Positions 1 to 12,100 of a stretch of 64,000 nucleotides of DNA are shown piece by piece. This DNA comes from Azolla caroliniana (taxonomy: Eukaryota > Plantae > Polypodiophyta): contig JBHGNT010000025.1 in NCBI GenBank assembly GCA_043228905.1, positions 434,001 to 498,000 on the forward strand, given 5' to 3'. Numbering within the stretch: the stretch's first letter is position 1; each line of letters opens with the position of its first letter. The position numbers were made by a program, and so were the translations under genes. The notes beneath the pieces are model-generated. The model was not told the origin of the DNA. It worked only from the letters and a program-made list of their open reading frames with translations, and did no database searches.

Positions 1-2378
1 GAAAATCAAGTCGAGAGACATAACGAAATTACCTAATTTGAGGAGTGAGTTGAGAAGACCTAGTAGGTAAATTAAAATGTTCATACCTGGCTCGTGTGAT
101 ATCGGATTTTTGTGTTCAAACATGCGAATCGAAGCTAACAACGCTAGTTATTCTATGGAACTAAAAAATCAAGATTTTGAAACTCAGGTCGAGAAATATG
201 AAGAAATTAGCAATCTTGAGGAGGGAGTTGAGAGGAGCCCTTGAGTACATTAAAATGTTCATACCTGGCTCGTGTGATATCGGATTTTTGTGTTCAAACA
301 TGCGAATCGAAGCTAACAATGCTAGCTATGACATGGTATTAAAAAATCAAGATTTTGAAACTCAAGTCGAGAGACATGACGAAATTACCTAATTTGAGGA
401 GGGAGTTGAGACGACCTAGTAGGTAAATTAAAATGTTCATACCTGGCTCGTGTGATATCGGATTTTTGTGTTCAAACATGCGAATCAAAGCTAACAACGC
501 TAGCTATGATATGGAACTAAAAAATCAAGATTTTGAAAGTCAGGTCGAGAGATATGAAGAAATTAGCAATGTTGAGGAGGGAGTTGAGAGGAACCCTTGA
601 GTACATTAAAATGTTCATACTTGGCGCGTGTGATATCTGATTTTTGTGTTCAAACATGCGAATCGAAGCTAACAACGCTAGCTATTATATGGAACTAAAA
701 AGTCAAGATTTTGAAACTCAGGTCGAGAGATATGAAGAAATTAGCAATCTTGAGGAGGGAGTTGAGAGGAGCCCTTGAGTACATTAAAATGTTCATACCT
801 GGCGCGTGTGATATCGGATTTTTGTGTTCAAACATGCGAATCGAAGCTAACATTGCTAGCTATGACATGGTATTAAAAAATCAAGATTTTGAAACTCAAG
901 TCGAGAGATATGAAGAAATTAGCAATCTTGAGGAGGGAGTTGAGAGGAGCCCTTGAGTACATTAAAATGTTCATACCTGGCGCGTGTGATATCGGATTTT
1001 TGTGTTCAGACATGCGAATCGAAGCTAACAACGCTAGCTATTCTATGGAACTAAAAAATCAAGATTTTGAAATTGAGGTCGAGAGACATGAAGAAATTAG
1101 CAATCTTGAGGAGGGAGTTGAGAGGAGCCCTTGAGTATATTAAAATGTTTATACCTGGCTCGTGTGATATCGGATTTTTGTGTTCAAACATGCGAATCGA
1201 AGCTAACAACGCTAGCTATGACATGGTATTAAAAAATCAAGATTTTGACACACAGGTCGAGAGACATGACGAAATTAGCAATCTTGAGGAGGGAGTTGAG
1301 AGGAGCCCTTGAGTAAATTAAAATGTTCATACCTGGCGCGTGTGATATCGGATGTTTGTGTTCAAACATGCGAATCGAAGCTAACAACGCTAGCTATGAC
1401 ATGGTATTAAAAAATCAAGATTTTGAAAATCAAGTCGAGAGACATAACGAAATTACCTAATTTGAGGAGTGAGTTGAGAAGACCTAGTAGGTAAATTAAA
1501 ATGTTCATACCTGGCTCGTGTGATATCGGATTTTTGTGTTCAAACATGCGAATCGAAGCTAACAACGCTAGTTATTCTATGGAACTAAAAAATCAAGATT
1601 TTGAAACTCAGGTCGAGAAATATGAAGAAATTAGCAATCTTGAGGAGGGAGTTGAGAGGAGCCCTTGAGTACATTAAAATGTTCATACCTGGCTCGTGTG
1701 ATATCGGATTTTTGTGTTCAAACATGCGAATCGAAGCTAACAATGCTAGCTATGACATGGTATTAAAAAATCAAGATTTTGAAACTCAAGTCGAGAGACA
1801 TGACGAAATTACCTAATTTGAGGAGGGAGTTGAGACGACCTAGTAGGTAAATTAAAATGTTCATACCTGGCTCGTGTGATATCGGATTTTTGTGTTCAAA
1901 CATGCGAATCAAAGCTAACAACGCTAGCTATGATATGGAACTAAAAAATCAAGATTTTGAAAGTCAGGTCGAGAGATATGAAGAAATTAGCAATGTTGAG
2001 GAGGGAGTTGAGAGGAGCCCTTGAGTACATTAAAATGTTCATACTTGGCGCGTGTGATATCTGATTTTTGTGTTCAAACATGCGAATCGAAGCTAACAAC
2101 GCTAGCTATTATATGGAACTAAAAAGTCAAGATTTTGAAACTCAGGTCGAGAGATATGAAGAAATTAGCAATCTTGAGGAGGGAGTTGAGAGGAGCCCTT
2201 GAGTACATTAAAATGTTCATACCTGGCGCGTGTGATATCGGATTTTTGTGTTCAAACATGCGAATCGAAGCTAACATTGCTAGCTATGACATGGTATTAA
2301 AAAATCAAGATTTTGAAACTCAAGTCGAGAGATATGAAGAAATTAGCAATCTTGAGGAGGGAGTTGAGAGGAGCCCTT
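1..2378 (+). repeat. 8-monomer (1424 bp) higher-order duplication, partial second copy
   Basis: 1-~954 matches 1425-~2378, including both divergent cassettes and the CATACTTGG, ATCTGA and AAAAGTCAAG variants. ORF pairs are 177/1601 and 711/2135. Confidence 0.85.
378..429 (+). other. Divergent ~50-bp cassette (type A example) with nested inverted repeats; ~29 copies in window
   Basis: GACGAAATTACCTAATTTGAGGAGGGAGTTGAGACGACCTAGTAGGTAAATT differs from the consensus GAAGAAATTAGCAATCTTGAGGAGGGAGTTGAGAGGAGCCCTTGAGTACATT at ~13 positions with no length change. Confidence 0.9.
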
Positions 2379-4992
2379 GCGTAAATTAAAATGTTCATAC
2401 CTGGCTCGTGTGATATCGGATTTTTGTGTTCAAACATGCGAATCGAAGCTAACAATGCTAGCTATGACATGGTATTAAAAAATCAAGATTTTGAAACTCA
2501 GGTCGAGAGATATGAAGAAATTAGCAATCTTGAGGAGGGAGTTGAGAGGAGCCCTTGAGTAAATTAAAATGTTCATACCTGGCTCGTGTGATATCGGATT
2601 TTTGTGTTCAAACATGCGAATCGAAGCTAACAACGCTAGCTATGATATGGTATTAAAAAATCATGATTTTGAAACTCAGGTCGAGAGACATGACGAAATT
2701 ACCAAATTGGAGGAGGGAGTTGAGAGGAGCCCTTGAGTATATTAAAATGTTCATACCTGGCGCGTGTAATATCGGATTTTTGTGTTCCAACATGCGAATC
2801 GAAGCTAACAACGCTAGCTATGACATGGTATTAAAAAATCAAGATTTTGAAACTCAGGTCGAGAGACATGAAGAAATTAGCAATCTTGAGGAGGGAGTTG
2901 AGAGGAGCCCTTGAGTAAATTAAAATGTTCATACCTGGCTCGTGTGATATCGGTTTTTTGTGTTCAAACATGCGAATCGAAGCTAAAAACGCTAGCTATG
3001 ATATGGTATTCAAAAATCATGATTTCGAAATTGAGGTCGAGAGACATGAAGAAATTAGCAATCTTGAGGAGGGAGTTGAGAGGAGCCCTTGAGTACATTA
3101 AAATGTTCATACCTGGCTCGTGTGATATCGGATTTTTGTGTTCAAACATGCGAATCGAAGCTAACAACGCTAGCTATTATATGGAACTAAAAAATCAAGA
3201 TTTTGAAACTCAGGTCCAGAAATATGAAGAAATTAGCAATCTTGAGGAGGGAGTTGAGAGGAGCCCTTGAGTACATTAAAATGTTCATACCTGGCTCGTG
3301 TGATATCGGATTTTTGTGTTCAAACATGTGAATCGAAGCTAACAACGCTAGCTATTCTATGGAACTAAAAAATCAAGATTTTGAAACTCAGGTCGAGAGA
3401 TATGAAGAAATTAGCAATCTTGAGGAGGGAGTTGAGAGGAGCCCTTGAGTACATTAAAATGTTCATACCTGGCGCGTGTGATATCGGATTTTTGTGTTCA
3501 AACATGCGAATCGAAGCTAACAACGCTAGCTATTATATGGAACTAAAAAATCAAGATTTTGAAACTCAGGTCGAGAGATATGAAGAAATTAGCAATCTTG
3601 AGGAGGGAGTTGAGAGGAGCCCTTGCGTAAATTAAAATGTTCATACCTGGCTCGTGTGATATCGGATTTTTGTGTTCAAACATGCGAATCGAAGCTAACA
3701 ATGCTAGCTATGACATGGTATTAAAAAATCAAGATTTTGAAACTCAGGTCGAGAGATATGAAGAAATTAGCAATCTTGAGGAGGGAGTTGAGAGGAGCCC
3801 TTGAGTAAATTAAAATGTTCATACCTGGCTCGTGTGATATCGGATTTTTGTGTTCAAACATGCGAATCGAAGCTAACAACGCTAGCTATGATATGGTATT
3901 AAAAAATCATGATTTTGAAACTCAGGTCGAGAGACATGACGAAATTACCAAATTGGAGGAGGGAGTTGAGAGGAGCCCTTGAGTATATTAAAATGTTCAT
4001 ACCTGGCGCGTGTAATATCGGATTTTTGTGTTCCAACATGCGAATCGAAGCTAACAACGCTAGCTATGACATGGTATTAAAAAATCAAGATTTTGAAACT
4101 CAGGTCGAGAGACATGAAGAAATTAGCAATCTTGAGGAGGGAGTTGAGAGGAGCCCTTGAGTAAATTAAAATGTTCATACCTGGCTCGTGTGATATCGGT
4201 TTTTTGTGTTCAAACATGCGAATCGAAGCTAAAAACGCTAGCTATGATATGGTATTCAAAAATCATGATTTCGAAATTGAGGTCGAGAGACATGAAGAAA
4301 TTAGCAATCTTGAGGAGGGAGTTGAGAGGAGCCCTTGAGTACATTAAAATGTTCATACCTGGCTCGTGTGATATCGGATTTTTGTGTTCAAACATGCGAA
4401 TCGAAGCTAACAACGCTAGCTATTATATGGAACTAAAAAATCAAGATTTTGAAACTCAGGTCCAGAAATATGAAGAAATTAGCAATCTTGAGGAGGGAGT
4501 TGAGAGGAGCCCTTGAGTACATTAAAATGTTCATACCTGGCTCGTGTGATATCGGATTTTTGTGTTCAAACATGTGAATCGAAGCTAACAACGCTAGCTA
4601 TTCTATGGAACTAAAAAATCAAGATTTTGAAACTCAGGTCGAGAGATATGAAGAAATTAGCAATCTTGAGGAGGGAGTTGAGAGGAGCCCTTGAGTACAT
4701 TAAAATGTTCATACCTGGCGCGTGTGATATCGGATTTTTGTGTTCAAACATGCGAATCGAAGCTAACAACGCTAGCTATTATATGGAACTAAAAAATCAA
4801 GATTTTGAAACTCAGGTCGAGAGATATGAAGAAATTAGCAATCTTGAGGAGGGAGTTGAGAGGAGCCCTTGCGTAAATTAAAATGTTCATACCTGGCTCG
4901 TGTGATATCGGATTTTTGTGTTCAAACATGCGAATCGAAGCTAACAATGCTAGCTATGACATGGTATTAAAAAATCAAGATTTTGAAACTCA
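2325..4992 (+). repeat. Tandem 7-monomer (1246 bp) higher-order repeat, ~2.1 copies
   Basis: ORF pairs 2663/3909, 2911/4157 and 3381/4627 are all offset by 1246. The rare variants GTGTAATATC and TTCCAAC occur in both copies. Confidence 0.9.
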
Positions 4993-6198
4993 AGTCGAGA
5001 GATATGAAGAAATTAGCAATCTTGAGGAGGGAGTTGAGAGGAGCCCTTGAGTACATTAAAATGTTCATACCTGGCGCGTGTGATATCGGATTTTTGTGTT
5101 CAAACATGCGAATCGAAGCTAACAACGCTAGCTATTATATGGAACTAAAAAATCAAGATTTTGAAACTCAGGTCCAGAAATATGAAGAAATTAGCAATCT
5201 TGAGGAGGGAGTTGAGAGGAGCCCTTGAGTACATTTAAATGTTCATACCTGGCTCGTGTGATATCGGATTTTTGTGTTCAAACATGCGAATCGAAGCTAA
5301 CAATGCTAGCTATGACATGGTATTAAAAAATCAAGATTTTGAAACTCAAGTCGAGAGATATGAAGAAATTAGCAATCTTGAGGAGGGAGTTGAGAGGAGC
5401 CCTTGAGTAAATTAAAATGTTCATACCTGGCTCGTGTGATATCGGATTTTTGTGTTCAACCATGCGAATCAAAGCTAACAACGCTAGCTATTATATGGAA
5501 CTAAAAAATCAAGATTTTGAAACTCAGGTCGAGAGATATGAAGAAATTAGCAATCTTGAGGAGGGAGTTGAGAGGAGCCCTTGCGTAAATTAAAATGTTC
5601 ATACCTGGCTCGTGTGATATCGGATTTTTGTGTTCAAACATGCGAATCGAAGCTAACAATGCTAGCTATGACATGGTATTAAAAAATCAAGATTTTGAAA
5701 CTCAAGTCGAGAGATATGAAGAAATTAGCAATCTTGAGGAGGGAGTTGAGAGGAGCCCTTGAGTACATTAAAATGTTCATACCTGGCGCGTGTGATATCG
5801 GATTTTTGTGTTCAAACATGCGAATCGAAGCTAACAACGCTAGCTATTATATGGAACTAAAAAATCAAGATTTTGAAACTCAGGTCCAGAAATATGAAGA
5901 AATTAGCAATCTTGAGGAGGGAGTTGAGAGGAGCCCTTGAGTACATTTAAATGTTCATACCTGGCTCGTGTGATATCGGATTTTTGTGTTCAAACATGCG
6001 AATCGAAGCTAACAATGCTAGCTATGACATGGTATTAAAAAATCAAGATTTTGAAACTCAAGTCGAGAGATATGAAGAAATTAGCAATCTTGAGGAGGGA
6101 GTTGAGAGGAGCCCTTGAGTAAATTAAAATGTTCATACCTGGCTCGTGTGATATCGGATTTTTGTGTTCAACCATGCGAATCAAAGCTAACAACGCTA
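4760..6198 (+). repeat. Tandem 4-monomer (712 bp) higher-order repeat, ~2 copies
   Basis: ORF pair 4983/5695. The ACATTTAAATGT variant is at 5231 and 5943, and the CAACCATG variant at ~5457 and ~6169. Confidence 0.85.
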
Positions 6199-9100
6199 CC
6201 TATGATATGGAACTAAAAAATCATGATTTTGAAACTCAGGTCAAGAGATATGAAGAAATTAGCAATGTTGAGGAGGGAGTTGAGAGGAGCCCTTGAGTAC
6301 ATTAAAATGTTCATACCTGGCGCGTGTGATATCTGATTTTTGTGTTCAAACATGCGAATCGAAGCTAACAACGCTAGCTATGATATGGAACTAAAAAATC
6401 AAGATTTTGAAAGTCAGGTCGAGAGATATGAAGAAATTAGCAATCTTGAGGAGGGAGTTGAGAGGAGCCCTTGAGTACATTAAAATGTTCATACCTGGCT
6501 CGTGTGATATCGGATTTTTGTGTTCAAACATGCGAATCGAAGCTAACATTGCTAGCTATGACATGGTATTAAAAAATCAAGATTTTGAAACTCAAGTCGA
6601 GAGATATGAAGAAATTAGGAATCTTGAGGAGGGAGTTGAGAGGAGCCCTTGCGTAAATTAAAATGTTCATACCTGGCTCGTGTGATATCGGATTTTTGTG
6701 TTCAACCATGCGAATCAAAGCTAACAACGCTACCTATGATATGGAACTAAAAAATCATGATTTTGAAACTCAGGTCAAGAGATATGAAGAAATTAGCAAT
6801 GTTGAGGAGGGAGTTGAGAGGAGCCCTTGAGTACATTAAAATGTTCATACCTGGCGCGTGTGATATCGGATTTTTGTGTTCAAACATGCGAATCGAAGCT
6901 AACAACGCTAGCTATTATATGGAACTAAAAAATCAAGATTTTGAAACTCAGGTCGAGAGATATGAAGAAATTAGCAATCTTGAGGAGGGAGTTGAGAGGA
7001 GCCCTTGCGTAAATTAAAATGTTCATACCTGGCTCGTGTGATATCGGATTTTTGTGTTCAAACATGCGAATCGAAGCTAACAATGCTAGCTATGACATGG
7101 TATTAAAAAATCAAGATTTTGAAACTCAAGTCGAGAGATATGAAGAAATTAGCAATCTTGAGGAGGGAGTTGAGAGGAGCCCTTGAGTACATTAAAATGT
7201 TCATACCTGGCGCGTGTGATATCGGATTTTTGTGTTCAAACATGCGAATCGAAGCTAACAACGCTAGCTATTATATGGAACTAAAAAATCAAGATTTTGA
7301 AACTCAGGTCCAGAAATATGAAGAAATTAGCAATCTTGAGGAGGGAGTTGAGAGGAGCCCTTGAGTACATTTAAATGTTCATACCTGGCTCGTGTGATAT
7401 CGGATTTTTGTGTTCAAACATGCGAATCGAAGCTAACAATGCTAGCTATGACATGGTATTAAAAAATCAAGATTTTGAAACTCAAGTCGAGAGATATGAA
7501 GAAATTAGCAATCTTGAGGAGGGAGTTGAGAGGAGCCCTTGAGTAAATTAAAATGTTCATACCTGGCTCGTGTGATATCGGATTTTTGTGTTCAACCATG
7601 CGAATCAAAGCTAACAACGCTAGCTATTATATGGAACTAAAAAATCAAGATTTTGAAACTCAGGTCGAGAGATATGAAGAAATTAGCAATCTTGAGGAGG
7701 GAGTTGAGAGGAGCCCTTGCGTAAATTAAAATGTTCATACCTGGCTCGTGTGATATCGGATTTTTGTGTTCAAACATGCGAATCGAAGCTAACAATGCTA
7801 GCTATGACATGGTATTAAAAAATCAAGATTTTGAAACTCAAGTCGAGAGATATGAAGAAATTAGCAATCTTGAGGAGGGAGTTGAGAGGAGCCCTTGAGT
7901 ACATTAAAATGTTCATACCTGGCGCGTGTGATATCGGATTTTTGTGTTCAAACATGCGAATCGAAGCTAACATTGCTAGCTATGACATGGTATTAAAAAA
8001 TCAAGATTTTGAAACTCAAGTCGAGAGATATGAAGAAATTAGGAATCTTGAGGAGGGAGTTGAGAGGAGCCCTTGCGTAAATTAAAATGTTCATACCTGG
8101 CTCGTGTGATATCGGATTTTTGTGTTCAAACATGCGAATCGAAGCTAACAATGCTAGCTATGAAATGGTATTAAAAAATCAAGATTTTGAAACTCAGGTC
8201 GAGAGATATGAAGAAATTAGCAATCTTGAGGAGGGAGTTGAGAGGAGCCCTTGAGTAAATTAAAATGTTCATACCTGGCTCGTGTGATATCGGATTTTTG
8301 TGTTCAAACATGCGAATCGAAGCTAACAACGCTAGCTATGATATGGTATTAAAAAATCATGATTTTGAAACTCAGGTCGAGAGACATGACGAAATTACCA
8401 AATTGGAGGAGGGAGTTGAGAGGAGCCCTTGAGTATATTAAAATGTTCATACCTGGCGCGTGTGATATCGGATTTTTGTGTTCAAACATGTGAATCGAAG
8501 CTAACAACGCTAGCTATGATATGGTATTAAAAAATCATGATTTTGAAACTCAGGTCGAGAGACATGACGAAATTAGCAATCTTGAGGAGGGAGTTGAGAG
8601 GAGCCCTTGAGTAAATTAAAATGTTCATACCTGGCTCGTGTGATATCGGTTTTTTGTGTTCAAACATGCGAATCGAAGCTAAAAACGCTAGCTATGATAT
8701 GGTATTCAAAAATCATGATTTCGAAATTGAGGTCGAGAGACATGAAGAAATTAGCAATCTTGAGGAGGGAGTTGAGAGGAGCCCTTGAGTACATTAAAAT
8801 GTTCATACCTGGCTCGTGTGATATCGGATTTTTGTGTTCAAACATGCGAATTGAAGCTAACAACGCTAGCTATTGTATGGAACTAAAAAATCAAGATTTT
8901 GAAACTCAGGTCGAGAAATATGAAGAAATTAGCAATCTTGAGGAGGGAGTTGAGAGGAGCCCTTGAGTACATTAAAATGTTCATACCTGGCTCGTGTGAT
9001 ATCGGATTTTTGTGTTCAAACATGTGAATCGAAGCTAACAACGCTAGCTATTCTATGGAACTAAAAAATCAAGATTTTGAAACTCAGGTCGAGAGATATG

Positions 9101-12100
9101 AAGAAATTAGCAATCTTGAGGAGGGAGTTGAGAGGAGCCCTTGAGTACATTAAAATGTTCATACCTGGCGCGTGTGATATCGGATTTTTGTGTTCAAACA
9201 TGCGAATCGAAGCTAACAATGCTAGCTATGACATGGTATTAAAAAATCATGATTTTGAAACTCAGGTCGAGAGATATGAAGAAATTAGCAATCTTGAGGA
9301 GGGAGTTGAGAGGAGCCATTGAGTAAATTAAAATGTTCATACATGGCTCGTGTGATATCGGATTTTTGTGTTCAAACATGTGAATCGAAGTTAACAACGC
9401 TAGCTATTCTATGGAACTAAAAAATCAAGATTTTGAAACTCAGGTCGAGAGATATGAAGAAATTAGCAATCTCGAGGAGGGAGTTGAGAGGAGCCCTTGA
9501 GTACATTAAAATGTTCATACCTGGCGCGTGTGATATCGGATTTTTGTGTTCAAACATGCGAATCGAAGCTAACAACACTAGCTATTCTATGGAACTAAAA
9601 AATCAAGATTTTGAAACTCAGGTCGAGAGATATGAAGAAATTAGCAATCTTGAGGAGGGAGTTGAGAGGAGCCCTTGAGTATATTAAAATGTTTATACCT
9701 GGCTCGTGTGATATCGGATTTTTGTGTTCAAACATGCGAATCGAAGCTAACAACGCTACCTATGATATGGAACTAAAAAATCATGATTTTGAAACTCAGG
9801 TCAAGAGATATGAAGAAATTAGCAATGTTGAGGAGGGAGTTGAGAGGAGCCCTTGAGTATATTAAAATGTTCATACCTGGCGCGTGTGATATCTGATTTT
9901 TGTGTTCAAACATGCGAATCGAAGCTAACAACGCTAGCTATTATATGGAACTAAAAAGTCAAGATTTTGAAACTAAGGTCGAGAGATATGAAGAAATTAG
10001 CAATCTTGAGGAGGGAGTTGAGAGGAGCCCTTGAGTACATTAAAATGTTCATACCTGGCGCGTGTGATATCGGATGTTTGTGTTCAAACATGCGAATCGA
10101 AGCTAACAACGCAAGCTATGACATGGTATTAAAAAATCAAGATTTTGAAAATCAAGTCGAGAGACATAACGAAATTACCTAATTTGAGGAGTGAGTTGAG
10201 AAGACCTAGTAGGTAAATTAAAATGTTCATACCTGGCTCGTGTGATATCGGATTTTTGTGTTCAAACATGCGAATCGAAGCTAACAACGCTAGTTATTCT
10301 ATGGAACTAAAAAATCAAATTTTGAAACTCAGGTCGAGAAATATGAAGAAATTAGCAATCTTGAGGAGGGAGTTGAGAGGAGCCCTTGAGTACATTAAAA
10401 TGTTCATACCTGGCTCGTGTGATATCGGATTTTTGTGTTCAAACATGTGAATCGAAGCTAACAACGCTAGCTATTCTATGGAACTAAAAAATCAAGATTT
10501 TGAAACTCAGGTCGAGAGATATGAAGAAATTAGCAATCTTGAGGAGGGAGTTGAGAGGAGCCCTTGAGTACATTAAAATGTTCATACCTGGCGCGTGTGA
10601 TATCGGATTTTTGTGTTCAAACATGCGAATCGAAGCTAACAACGCTAGCTATTATATGGAACTAAAAAATCAAGATTTTGAAACTCAGGTCGAGAAATAT
10701 GAAGAAATTAGCAATCTTGAGGAGGGAGTTGAGAGGAGCCCTTGAGTACATTAAAATGTTCATACCTGGCTCGTGTGATATCGGATTTTTGTGTTCAAAC
10801 ATGCGAATCGAAGCTAACAATGCTAGCTATGACATGGTATTAAAAAATCAAGATTTTGAAACTCAAGTCGAGAGACATGACGAAATTACCTAATTTGAGG
10901 AGGGAGTTGAGACGACCTAGTAGGTAAATTAAAATGTTCATACCTGGCTCGTGTGATATCGGATTTTTGTGTTCAAACATGCGAATCAAAGCTAACAACG
11001 CTAGCTATGATATGGAACTAAAAAATCAAGATTTTGAAAGTCAGGTCGAGAGATATGAAGAAATTAGCAATGTTGAGGAGGGAGTTGAGAGGAGCCCTTG
11101 AGTACATTAAAATGTTCATACTTGGCGCGTGTGATATCTGATTTTTGTGTTCAAACATGCGAATCGAAGCTAACAACGCTAGCTATTATATGGAACTAAA
11201 AAGTCAAGATTTTGAAACTCAGGTCGAGAGATATGAAGAAATTAGCAATCTTGAGGAGGGAGTTGAGAGGAGCCCTTGAGTACATTAAAATGTTCATACC
11301 TGGCGCGTGTGATATCGGATTTTTGTGTTCAAACATGCGAATCGAAGCTAACATTGCTAGCTATGACATGGTATTAAAAAATCAAGATTTTGAAACTCAA
11401 GTCGAGAGATATGAAGAAATTAGCAATCTTGAGGAGGGAGTTGAGAGGAGCCCTTGCGTAAATTAAAATGTTCATACCTGGCTCGTGTGATATCGGATTT
11501 TTGTGTTCAAACATGCGAATCGAAGCTAACAATGCTAGCTATGACATGGTATTAAAAAATCAAGATTTTGAAACTCAGGTCGAGAGATATGAAGAAATTA
11601 GCAATCTTGAGGAGGGAGTTGAGAGGAGCCCTTGAGTAAATTAAAATGTTCATACCTGGCTCGTGTGATATCGGATTTTTGTGTTCAAACATGCGAATCG
11701 AAGCTAACAACGCTAGCTATGATATGGTATTAAAAAATCATGATTTTGAAACTCAGGTCGAGAGACATGACGAAATTACCAAATTGGAGGAGGGAGTTGA
11801 GAGGAGCCCTTGAGTATATTAAAATGTTCATACCTGGCGCGTGTAATATCGGATTTTTGTGTTCCAACATGCGAATCGAAGCTAACAACGCTAGCTATGA
11901 CATGGTATTAAAAAATCAAGATTTTGAAACTCAGGTCGAGAGACATGAAGAAATTAGCAATCTTGAGGAGGGAGTTGAGAGGAGCCCTTGAGTAAATTAA
12001 AATGTTCATACCTGGCTCGTGTGATATCGGTTTTTTGTGTTCAAACATGCGAATCGAAGCTAAAAACGCTAGCTATGATATGGTATTCAAAAATCATGAT

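Noticed and set aside
218-237. GAGGAGG as a Shine-Dalgarno site and a bacterial operon-like arrangement
   Set aside because: The motif is part of the purine-rich satellite segment and is not at ribosome-binding distance from a consistent start codon. The context is non-coding repeat.
382-429. Cassette inverted repeats as a miniature transposon (MITE) or terminator
   Set aside because: The cassette is length-neutral and collinear with the consensus, so it is not an insertion. There is no target-site duplication and no GC-rich stem with a poly-T tail.
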